From the NCBI RefSeq assembly GCF_000010625.1, contig NC_010296.1, positions 3,870,001-3,902,000 of the forward strand: a DNA stretch of 32,000 bases, given 5' to 3'. Within the stretch, counting starts at the first letter, position 1. Each line of letters starts with the position of its first letter. Below are positions 24,453 to 32,000 of the stretch, one piece after another. The notes below the pieces were generated by a model that saw only the letters and a program-made list of their open reading frames with translations, was not told the DNA's origin and searched no databases. This DNA comes from Microcystis aeruginosa NIES-843 (GTDB lineage Bacteria; Cyanobacteriota; Cyanobacteriia; Cyanobacteriales; Microcystaceae). The position numbers were made by a program, and so were the translations under genes.

Positions 24453-24650
24453 ATTAATAATATCAACCTGAATTATACAGCCATAAATGTGCGTGATGCT
24501 GTCCCTGCAACCCAGATGAACCAAGAGATAAAGAGCCGGTTCGGTATCAAAAACTGTTTCAGTTTTGACGGGATCACTAGGCGCTCTCAGTAGGGAATCT
24601 GATTTTTGTGAATTACTGTTTGAAAGAGTCCCCGACCGAGAAAATATTGA
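24453..24650 (-). pseudogene. xisI: xisI-family gene, 5' fragment
   Basis: 24453-24566 reads KTETVFDTEPALYLLVHLGCRDSITHIYGCIIQVDIIN, which matches the XisI core (..E.VFD...D.Y.L...GW.....YGC..H.DI.N). The region upstream stays open but has no ATG and is not confidently alignable. Confidence 0.7.
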
Positions 24651-24704
24651 TAGAGTATTGATTAGGAGACTAGGAAAAATTCAACTTTAAGAGGATTGTC
24701 ACTG

Positions 24705-25021
24705 ATGACAGCAGTTACCGAGAATGATCTGAAAAGGTTAGAAGATTTAATCGTTAGCGGACAGAAAGCGATCGAATCCCGACTAACAGCGATCGAGTCC
24801 CGACTGACAAACCTAGAAAATGGACAGAAAGCGATCGAGAACAGTCTAGGAGAAATTAAAGGAATATTAAGGCCTTAGATGCCAAAGTTACGGGACTAGA
24901 AAAGCGGGTTGACGATCTCAACGCACGAGTCAACATTACGACCATTGGATTCCTTAGCATTGTCGGCATTTTGGTGACAGGAATGCTGACTATTGCCAGC
25001 AAAACAGTCTTTTTCCCCTAG
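24705..25021 (+). pseudogene. small coiled-coil, C-terminally membrane-anchored protein gene with a 1-nt frameshift
   Basis: ATG 24705 is preceded by AAGAGGA. The ORF stops at 24876-24878. The next frame continues ALDAKVTGLEKRVDDLNARVNITTIGFLSIVGILVTGMLTIASKTVFFP* to TAG 25019-25021. The break is near 24865-24875. Confidence 0.6.
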
Positions 25022-25032
25022 TCCCTAGAATG

Positions 25033-25145
25033 ATACTAAATCCTGTGTAAAAGGTATAGGAGAGTAGGTGAGTGCCAAAGCACTGGAGCGGGGAAAAACA
25101 ATCGATAACTTGGCAGTTAATCACACTATTAAAAACGGATTTGGT
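25033..25145 (+). mobile_element. MITE family 2, type B copy 2
   Basis: ATACTAAATCCTGTGTAAAAGGTATAGGAGAGT...ATTAAAAACGGATTTGGT. It aligns with the type B copy at 17992-18216. Confidence 0.75.
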
Positions 25146-25404
25146 CTAAGACGGCCTAAATAAGTCGATATATGGTTCTGCTCGCTGTCTATGCCGGGGA
25201 GAAATCCCTCTGGCATTTCTCCAGTGCGGAATGTAGGCTAAAAATTGGCCCGGTCAGGAAATCTTGATGTTAAATTCCCGAAAAATTGCGCTAGGATCGG
25301 CTTCATAGCACAGGAAAGGCGATCGAGTGGGATAACCGATCCTGTGGCTTGAGAAGGTGACTGTATAATTGTTAGAGTGTCAATAGATCAATTCCAGAGG
25401 AATC

Positions 25405-25629
25405 ATGAGCAATATCCAAGATAAAATTCAAGAAGAGCTAGAAAACGCCAGAGCCGTCTGTAGTACGGAAGGTGCCACCTCTGGCGAATGCGCCGCCGCT
25501 TGGGATGCGGTGGAAGAATTACAAGCAGAAGCCGCTCACCAACGTCAGGACCACCCCCAAAAAACCTACTTCGAAAATTATTGTGATTCTAATCCCGATG
25601 CCGCCGAGTGTCGCATTTATGAAGATTAA
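25405..25629 (+). CDS. cp12: CP12 (Calvin-cycle GAPDH/PRK regulator)
   Basis: The core motif is AAWDAVEEL. The C-terminal Cys pair reads CDSNPDAAECRIYED and the N-terminal Cys pair reads CSTEGATSGEC. Confidence 0.92.
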   Translation: MSNIQDKIQEELENARAVCSTEGATSGECAAAWDAVEELQAEAAHQRQDHPQKTYFENYCDSNPDAAECRIYED

Positions 25630-25680
25630 TGCAGTCAGGCAGCGGTTTTTTCTCTCCTCACAGTAGAATCCTAGCTTTAG

Positions 25681-25720
25681 GGCGATCTCGGCTATAAAGA
25701 GATCGCCCCTCGTTTTTTTG
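25681..25720 (+). terminator. rho-independent terminator after cp12
   Basis: GGCGATCTC (25681-25689) pairs with GAGATCGCC (25699-25707) around a 9-nt loop, followed by CCTCGTTTTTTTG. Confidence 0.7.
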
Positions 25721-25804
25721 TTTGTTGGTCAAGCTGTGGCCGATTTTGGCTCCTGCGTCCGAAGACAGTAAAATATTGACAGTGTAATTATGTCTGAATA
25801 GTTT

Positions 25805-26395
25805 ATGAATCAACTTTGGTTTCGTCCTCTCGTTTGGATAGATTATCGTTTAGCCGTCCTATTTACGGTGATTATTCCGGCAATTTTGTTAATTTGGTCT
25901 TTATTTGCAAAAATCGAATCATTACAAAAATTGTTGATTATCTATTGGCGAGTGGCTAGTCTTTTATTAATTACTGTATATTTAATGATCGCTTCCTGGC
26001 CGATTGGTTTTGTCACCAGTTTTTTAGCTAAGATTTTAATCCCGATTTCCCTCTGGTTTTGGGTGGATATTAACGATGAAATTAAAGATTTACCCTCCAG
26101 TCCAATTAAATTTGTCACCACTGCTTGGCGTTGGGCAGTAACGATTTATTGTCCTTTGGGCGCAATTTCTACCTTACCTTTTCTCTCCTGTGCTATGTCA
26201 GGGGAATTGCTAAATTCTCCCTATTGTCAAGTTTGGCAGGAAGCACCTTGGCAGTTTCGCGAGATTTTTCATTCAGAAGCTACCGCTAATGTTTTGGGCT
26301 TTTTTGGTTTAGTTGGTCTCTCTTTTTATACTCTCTATTTTGCCCATTTTCTTCTTATTCGCCTTGGCAAACAGGGACGTTCAGCTTTACAATAG
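25805..26395 (+). CDS. conserved-looking integral membrane protein (about 5-6 helices), family not assignable by eye
   Basis: Clean ORF with hydrophobic segments throughout and core-like composition. Confidence 0.7.
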   Translation: MNQLWFRPLVWIDYRLAVLFTVIIPAILLIWSLFAKIESLQKLLIIYWRVASLLLITVYLMIASWPIGFVTSFLAKILIPISLWFWVDINDEIKDLPSSPIKFVTTAWRWAVTIYCPLGAISTLPFLSCAMSGELLNSPYCQVWQEAPWQFREIFHSEATANVLGFFGLVGLSFYTLYFAHFLLIRLGKQGRSALQ

Positions 26396-26430
26396 GAGGT
26401 CTTTAGCTATCGATAATTAGCCATTTTTCT

Positions 26431-26715
26431 ATGAATATTGGTAAACAACTCGAACAATACACCCTCAAAAATCCCCAAGAGGTTTTATTAGTGACTATTG
26501 CTGTGGATGGGGAGGAGGAAGAAATCTCTATTTTTAAAGGTTTTTCTAGTTCCCTTACCCGCAGCACCCCCTACGATCCCGATATTCCGATCATTCCTGA
26601 AACTGCTAGAGTTATTAAGATAGATCGTCTTGCTAGTCCTTATCATCCCCTTAATCCTCGCTATATCCAAGAAAATCTTACCTTAGAGGAAATGCAATCT
26701 TTACTGATTAATTGA
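26431..26715 (+). CDS. hypothetical 94-aa soluble protein
   Basis: The ORF follows the previous gene by 35 nt on the same strand. No family recognised. Confidence 0.55.
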   Translation: MNIGKQLEQYTLKNPQEVLLVTIAVDGEEEEISIFKGFSSSLTRSTPYDPDIPIIPETARVIKIDRLASPYHPLNPRYIQENLTLEEMQSLLIN

Positions 26716-26790
26716 ACTGGTAATTTTGCTTGGATAATATCAGCAGCCATCTCGATGGATTTAACAGCTTTTATTTACGATCCATAAACT

Positions 26791-26806
26791 TTGTCTATCT
26801 AGACAA
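26791..26806. promoter_or_regulatory. palindrome TTGTCTA-TC-TAGACAA upstream of egtD (candidate operator)
   Basis: Perfect 7-bp arms with a 2-bp spacer, about 140 nt upstream of the egtD ATG, in an otherwise ORF-free 230-nt spacer. Confidence 0.35.
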
Positions 26807-26944
26807 GAGGTAAATTTTGCGGCGTTTTAGTGGTAAAATTACCAAAGAACAATAATCGCTGCCAGTATTCAAGCTGTCAAAGTGGATTTCATCCTCGGCA
26901 TCGATCGAGAACAATCAAAAAACTGGAGAATAATCGGAGAATCT

Positions 26945-27955
26945 ATGCAACTTAACCCATCTAAACAAGAACTATTACAAATTGAGTATTTAGTTACCTC
27001 TGCCACCGGTCAAAATATGGTTAAAGACGAGGGAAAAGATGTGATTAAAGGATTAACTAAAACCCCCAAAAGTTTACCATCTAAATATTTTTATGATCGG
27101 CAAGGTTCCCAACTTTTTGAAGCAATCTGTCAATTACCAGAATACTATCCCACTAGGACAGAAGCCGCTATTCTCCAAGAATATGCTCAAGAAATTGTCG
27201 CCTATACAGGCCCCTGCGAATTGATAGAATTAGGTAGTGGTAGTTCCACGAAAACTCGTCTGTTATTGGACGCTTATTATCGGCAACAAAAATCCTCTAA
27301 ATATGTACCTATCGATGTTAGTGAAACTATTCTCAAAGCTAGTGCCATAGAATTACAAAAAGAATATCCTAATTTACCCATTCAGGGGTTAATTGGAACC
27401 TATGAACAGGCCTTAGCTTATTATCAAAAAACTTCCTATAATACCAGAATGATTTTTTTCTTGGGAAGTTCGATCGGTAATTTTTCTGCATCTGAATGTG
27501 ATAAATTCTTGGAAGAAATTGCCACTGTCCTAAAAGCTGGAGATTATTTTTTATTAGGGATTGATCTCCAAAAAACAGCGGCAATTTTAGAAGCAGCTTA
27601 TAATGATGCCCAAGGGGTGACAGCCGCTTTTAATTTAAATATGCTTTCCCATTTAAATTGGCGTTTTCAAGCTGATTTTAACCTTGATTTATTTAGTCAT
27701 CAAGCTATCTATAATCAAGACAAATCCCAAATTGAAATGTATTTAATTTGTCAAAAAACTCACCATGTTCATCTGAAAAAACTCGATTTAACAGTTAATT
27801 TTCAAGCGTCGGAAAGTATTTTGACAGAAATCTCGCGTAAATTTAACCTAGAAACTATGCAAAAAGACCTAGAATCAAAGGGATTAAAACCCCTTAGGGT
27901 TTTCACCGATCCTGAAAATTTATTCGGGTTAATTCTCTGTCAGTTATCCCTGTAA
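26945..27955 (+). CDS. egtD: L-histidine N-alpha-methyltransferase EgtD
   Basis: PKSLPSKYFYDRQGSQLFEAICQLPEYYPTRTEAAIL and ELGSGSSTKTRLLL are hallmark EgtD motifs. ATG 26945 with an upstream GGAG is preferred over the track start at 26882 (GTG). Confidence 0.9.
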   Translation: MQLNPSKQELLQIEYLVTSATGQNMVKDEGKDVIKGLTKTPKSLPSKYFYDRQGSQLFEAICQLPEYYPTRTEAAILQEYAQEIVAYTGPCELIELGSGSSTKTRLLLDAYYRQQKSSKYVPIDVSETILKASAIELQKEYPNLPIQGLIGTYEQALAYYQKTSYNTRMIFFLGSSIGNFSASECDKFLEEIATVLKAGDYFLLGIDLQKTAAILEAAYNDAQGVTAAFNLNMLSHLNWRFQADFNLDLFSHQAIYNQDKSQIEMYLICQKTHHVHLKKLDLTVNFQASESILTEISRKFNLETMQKDLESKGLKPLRVFTDPENLFGLILCQLSL

Positions 27956-27995
27956 ATAACGAAAACATTATCATCAGTAATAGAGGCATAAAAAC

Positions 27996-29351
27996 ATGGA
28001 AACTATTCAAGCACAGGCTCCTATATCTCTAAATAACTGTAGTCGAGAAAATCTACTGGACTATTTTGAAAATGCTTGGCAATTAGAAGATATGCTGTTA
28101 AAAAGCATCATCAAAGAAGAAGCTTTTTATTGTAACCCTGACGATTTAAGAAATCCCCTCATTTTTTATTTAGGTCATGCTGCCGCTTTTTATCTTAATA
28201 AATTGCAGCTGGTTAACCTATTAAAAAAAAGCCCTAATCCTGACTACGAATTATTGTTTGGATTGGGAGTAGATCCGGCAACTCCCGCAGAATTAAACTC
28301 TGCTATCGCCCATATTCAGTGGCCCGGGGTGGCTAAGGTTTGGGAATATCGGCAACAAGTCTATGAAATTGTGGTCGAAATAATTAAAAATACCCCCCTT
28401 AATCTTCCTATTCATCCTCAGCATTCTCTCTGGTCATTAATGATGGGGATTGAGCATCAGCGTGTTCACTTTGAAACATCTTCAATGTTACTCAGACAAC
28501 TGCCCTTAGAGCATCTGCAACGTCCTCAAGGGTGGCATTATGCCCCTTCTTTTGGTCAAGCTTATCCTAACCAAATGGTGGCGGTTTCTGGGGGAATAGT
28601 GGAAATTGGTAAACCCCAAGATTCTCCTATTTATGGTTGGGATAATGAGTATGGTTATCGTCAAGTTCAAGTTAACAATTTTCTGGTGAGTAAATATATG
28701 ATTACCAACGGAGAATTTAAAGAATTTGTCGATAATGGTGGCTACGAAAATCCCAGCTATTGGGATGAAGAAGCTTGGCAATGGAAAAATCATTACCGAG
28801 TCAAATATCCTAAATTTTGGCTGGTAGATGAGCGAGGAAATTATCAATATCGAGCCATGTTTGATGCTCTCGATTTACCTCTTGATTGGCCGGTAGAAGT
28901 TAACTATTATGAAGCGATCGCCTACTGTCGTTTTCAAGGTCAAGGAATACGTTTAATGACGGAAGCTGAGTGGAATTTAGTCACCTATGGCAGTCAAAAA
29001 AATCGATGTTATACCCTAGAAAACGATAACTTTGAGGACTATAACCTCAATTTAAAATTCTGTTCTCCCACTCCCGTGGGAATGTTAAAAAATGCTGGCA
29101 ATAACTCAGAAATTTATGACTTACGCGGTAACGTCTGGGAATGGCTAGAAGATGATTTTAATCCCTTAACTGACTTTCAACCCCATTACCTCTATGCTGA
29201 CAATTCCACTCCTTTCTTTAATAGTCAACATAAAATGATGTTAGGAGGAGCTTGGGTAACTAACGGCACAGAAATCCTACCCTACTATCGCAATTGGTTT
29301 CGCCGGAATTTTTATCAACACGCTGGTTTTAGAATCGCACAAAGTCTTTAG
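27996..29351 (+). CDS. egtB: sulfoxide synthase, OvoA-like N-terminal architecture (DinB-like + FGE-sulfatase domains), acting as EgtB
   Basis: PLIFYLGHAAAFYLNKL is an OvoA-style DinB motif. The FGE-like C-terminal half contains RGNVWEWLEDDF, GGAW and GFRIAQS. It ends at 451 aa, so it has no OvoA C-terminal methyltransferase. It is directly downstream of egtD. Confidence 0.85.
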   Translation: METIQAQAPISLNNCSRENLLDYFENAWQLEDMLLKSIIKEEAFYCNPDDLRNPLIFYLGHAAAFYLNKLQLVNLLKKSPNPDYELLFGLGVDPATPAELNSAIAHIQWPGVAKVWEYRQQVYEIVVEIIKNTPLNLPIHPQHSLWSLMMGIEHQRVHFETSSMLLRQLPLEHLQRPQGWHYAPSFGQAYPNQMVAVSGGIVEIGKPQDSPIYGWDNEYGYRQVQVNNFLVSKYMITNGEFKEFVDNGGYENPSYWDEEAWQWKNHYRVKYPKFWLVDERGNYQYRAMFDALDLPLDWPVEVNYYEAIAYCRFQGQGIRLMTEAEWNLVTYGSQKNRCYTLENDNFEDYNLNLKFCSPTPVGMLKNAGNNSEIYDLRGNVWEWLEDDFNPLTDFQPHYLYADNSTPFFNSQHKMMLGGAWVTNGTEILPYYRNWFRRNFYQHAGFRIAQSL

Positions 29352-29506
29352 GTGGGGTGTGGGGTGTGGGGTGTGGGGTTTTACCCATTTTCAGGGAAAA
29401 AGTGCCTAATTTTCCCCCCCGATTACTGCAAAGGCCAGCACTTTTTGATGTCAAAAAAGCCTAAAGATATTATCCAACAAGGTTTTTAGATTTATTCGGC
29501 AAACTT
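29352..29506 (-). mobile_element. MITE family 1, copy 5 (truncated, internal deletion)
   Basis: It begins with GTGGGGTGTGGGGTGTGGGGTGTGGGG directly after the egtB TAG and lacks the ~35-bp terminus. It ends ...TTTATTCGGCAAACTT followed by TA 29507-29508. Confidence 0.75.
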
Positions 29507-29599
29507 TAGGTAATTGCCAATTTAAAAAAAAATTTCTGAAACAGTCGCCCCTCGATCGCTACAATAGAACCTAGTAGAGCGCGGATAAAATCGATCACC

Positions 29600-30034
29600 A
29601 TGAATCAACCTGCAATTTTTCATCTCGCTATTCCGATTACCGATGTGTCCACCGCTAAAAGCTTTTACTGTGATGGTTTAGGTTGTTTAGCGGGAAGGGA
29701 AACCGAGAAAGCGATTATCTTAAATTTCTCCGGTCATCAGGTAGTCGCTCACGTCACCGAAATGCCTCTTACTCCCCAAAATAGCATTTATCCTCGCCAT
29801 TTTGGTCTAATTCTGCCGGATGCCAGCGATTGGGACAATCTTCTCGAAAAAGCGCGAGTCAATCAACTAAAATTTTATCTAGAACCAAAAACTCGCTTTA
29901 CTGGGGAGATAACCGAACATAAAACCTTTTTCCTGGAGGATCCTTTCTATAATCTCCTGGAATTTAAACATTATCGCCACTACGAAGCTATTTTTGCCAG
30001 TCGGGAATTAACAGCGATCGGCGATCGAGCTTAA
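29600..30034 (+). CDS. VOC (glyoxalase/bleomycin-resistance/dioxygenase) family protein
   Basis: The N-terminus IFHLAIPITDVSTAKSFYCDGLG and the later HFGLIL, FFLEDPFYNLLEF fit the paired beta-alpha-beta-beta-beta VOC pattern. Confidence 0.75.
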   Translation: MNQPAIFHLAIPITDVSTAKSFYCDGLGCLAGRETEKAIILNFSGHQVVAHVTEMPLTPQNSIYPRHFGLILPDASDWDNLLEKARVNQLKFYLEPKTRFTGEITEHKTFFLEDPFYNLLEFKHYRHYEAIFASRELTAIGDRA

Positions 30035-30169
30035 AATAAACAACAGGTGACTTTTTTGTAACTGGTTAGTTCTATCTTTAACCGAGACAAAAATAGGGGA
30101 ACTTCGATAAGCTTTTCTCATCAAAACTACAAAAACCTTAGCTGGCAATGATCAATTCTTAGGAAATCT

Positions 30170-31948
30170 ATGAAAAAACTTTTATTGTTAACCCTATTCA
30201 TTATCGGTCTAGGATTTGCTCTCTTTAACTTTACTGGATTAGCAAATCGGGGCGAATATCAATCAATTTTAATCGACTTTAAAGACGATATACCCGTCAG
30301 CGTACTCGATGAGCAGTTAAATGCTATCAACAAAAAAGCGGGAAAACTCACCAGTTTAAATAGTATCTTTTCCATCGATGAACATCTTTACACCGTGGAA
30401 GGAGATAGCAAACTCCTGAAAACTCTCCGCAATTCCGACCTAAAAAAATACACCGAATCGATCGAAGCCGATTATATTTATCATGCTTTTATCGCCCCCA
30501 ATGACCCCGACTATAGCAAACAGTGGAACCTGAGGGGAATTAACATCGAACGCGCTTGGGAAGAAAATCACGGTGAAGGGATCACCGTCGCCGTTATTGA
30601 TACAGGTGTATCAAAAGTTCCCGATCTGCGAGAAACCGAGTTTGTCGAAGGCTACGACTTCGTCAACGATCGCAGCAATGCCGAGGACGATAACGGTCAC
30701 GGAACCCATGTAGCGGGAACAATTGCCCAATCGACCAATAATAACTACGGGGTGGCCGGCATCGCCTACAAAGCCAAAATTATGCCCCTCAAGGTGCTTT
30801 CCGGGACGGGTGGGGGAAGTGTGGGAGATATTGCCGAAGCGATCCGTTTTGCCGTCGATAATAAAGCCGATGTCATCAATATGAGTTTAGGGGGTGGAGG
30901 TGAAACCCAAGTAATGAAAGAGGCGATCGAATATGCCTATAGTAAAGGTGTGGTAATCGTCGCCGCTGCCGGTAATGCCGATGATAATTCCGCCGCCTAT
31001 CCCGCCCGTTTTCCGCACGTTATCGGCGTTTCTGCGGTAGATGCCTCCGGAAATAAAGCCCCCTATTCTAATTTCGGGGCCGGAATCGATATTGCTGCCC
31101 CAGGCGGCTCCGATACGGGTAAAATTGTCCAAGAAACCATCGATCCGGCTAAGGGGGGGGAACCGGCGTTCCTCGGTTTTCAGGGAACCAGCATGGCTGC
31201 CCCTCACGTTGCCGGGGTGGTAGCTTTAATCAAGGCTGCGGGAATTAAAGAACCCAATGCAGTTTTAGAGGTTTTGCAACAGTCGGCCCGTAAGATCAAG
31301 GATGATCCCTTTAATCATTTTGGGGCCGGACAATTAGACGCAGGCAATGCCCTACAATTGGCCCTGAAAGGACAGATTACTTTCCGGGATTTTTGGCGTT
31401 GGTTGCGCGATAACGGTTATCTCAATCCCCGTTTCTGGATTGATGGCGGCGCGGTGGCGGTTTTGCCCAAAATGGCTATGGTTTTGGGTTCTTATCTTCT
31501 TGCTTGGTGGCTGAGAAGTTATTTTCCCTTCTCTTGGAACGGATTTTTGAATGCTGGTCTAATTTTTGGCAGTTCTGGCTTATTTTTCCTCAGAGGTCTT
31601 TATATCTTCGATTTACCCCAATGGCCTTTCCGAGTGATGGGCAGTTCTCTTTCCGACCTAGGAGGTGTTATTCAGGGAAGTTCTGCCCTTAATCCGCTTT
31701 TTGCTAGTGTTATCCTGCCCTTTGTCCTGATTGCGCTGCTTTTGGGTCATCCCCAAGCAAAATGGTTAGCGGTGGGGGTATCTTTAGCCATGGCGGTGAC
31801 TTTAGGTATCAGTGCTGTTATCCATCCTACTCTGATCTGGTTAGGTTCTGGTACGATCGCTCGGACATTTTTGGGCGTAAATGCGCTTTTATGTCTCGGT
31901 TTAGGTTATTTAGCCCTAAAAAGTGCTACTTCATCCCGATACGCTTAA
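30170..31948 (+). CDS. S8 (subtilisin-like) serine peptidase with N-terminal signal anchor and C-terminal polytopic membrane domain
   Basis: The catalytic triad motifs are VIDTGV (Asp), HGTHVAG (His) and GTSMAAPHVAG (Ser). The last ~190 aa contain about 6 hydrophobic segments. Confidence 0.9.
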   Translation: MKKLLLLTLFIIGLGFALFNFTGLANRGEYQSILIDFKDDIPVSVLDEQLNAINKKAGKLTSLNSIFSIDEHLYTVEGDSKLLKTLRNSDLKKYTESIEADYIYHAFIAPNDPDYSKQWNLRGINIERAWEENHGEGITVAVIDTGVSKVPDLRETEFVEGYDFVNDRSNAEDDNGHGTHVAGTIAQSTNNNYGVAGIAYKAKIMPLKVLSGTGGGSVGDIAEAIRFAVDNKADVINMSLGGGGETQVMKEAIEYAYSKGVVIVAAAGNADDNSAAYPARFPHVIGVSAVDASGNKAPYSNFGAGIDIAAPGGSDTGKIVQETIDPAKGGEPAFLGFQGTSMAAPHVAGVVALIKAAGIKEPNAVLEVLQQSARKIKDDPFNHFGAGQLDAGNALQLALKGQITFRDFWRWLRDNGYLNPRFWIDGGAVAVLPKMAMVLGSYLLAWWLRSYFPFSWNGFLNAGLIFGSSGLFFLRGLYIFDLPQWPFRVMGSSLSDLGGVIQGSSALNPLFASVILPFVLIALLLGHPQAKWLAVGVSLAMAVTLGISAVIHPTLIWLGSGTIARTFLGVNALLCLGLGYLALKSATSSRYA

Positions 31949-32000
31949 ACAGGGGTTACAATGGGACAATAAGGGTGATTTACCGATAAAAACCTCTTTG

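Noticed and set aside
24318-24524. 68-aa minus-strand ORF
   Set aside because: It is a chimera. Its first ~24 codons are the xisI 5' fragment. The rest reads through the right end of the tnpB element, antisense to tnpB.
25472-25666. 64-aa ORF overlapping cp12 in another frame
   Set aside because: The cp12 frame carries all the CP12 hallmarks. The alternative frame is Pro/Lys-rich noise.
1-32000. Search by eye for tRNA, rRNA, tmRNA or RNase P-like sequences
   Set aside because: No T-loop/acceptor-like patterns or rRNA-like conserved stretches were noticed. This is a visual scan only. tRNAscan-SE/Infernal would be decisive.

Overview
Cyanobacterial chromosomal DNA. The evidence is several HIP1 octamers (GCGATCGC), ndhD, cp12, a CpcD-like linker domain and a cbiG-cobJ fusion. 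The load of tnpB elements and MITEs looks Microcystis-like, but that is an inference, not a search result. There are about 27 credible protein genes.

Core genes: GT2 glycosyltransferase, cbiG-cobJ, rlpA, a livF/natE-type ABC ATPase, ndhD, a histidine kinase, mutL, cp12, egtD plus an OvoA-like egtB (ergothioneine), a VOC protein and a membrane-anchored S8 protease.

Mobile load:
- Three tnpB elements of three kinds: a frameshifted IS605-type at 0.2-1.5 kb, an intact IS607-type tnpA+tnpB at 3.6-5.5 kb, and an intact IS605-type at 23.07-24.45 kb that splits an xisI gene.
- At least 14 MITE copies or fragments from about 5 families. They are mostly TA-flanked and several are nested.
- Heptamer tandem arrays at gene ends.

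The most unusual stretch is 9.2-14.1 kb. It holds an AT-rich, HIP1-free gene for a 733-aa polytopic membrane/coiled-coil protein with no family recognisable by eye. Around it sit a DUF29 gene, an intact DUF433/DUF5615 pair bracketed by MITEs, a hicB with a MITE-truncated hicA, and a possible RelE/ParE remnant. I rate this the best candidate for something undescribed, but its function cannot be read from sequence alone.

No rRNA, tRNA or CRISPR array was seen. All homology calls are by-eye motif recognition on the supplied translations, and no database was queried.
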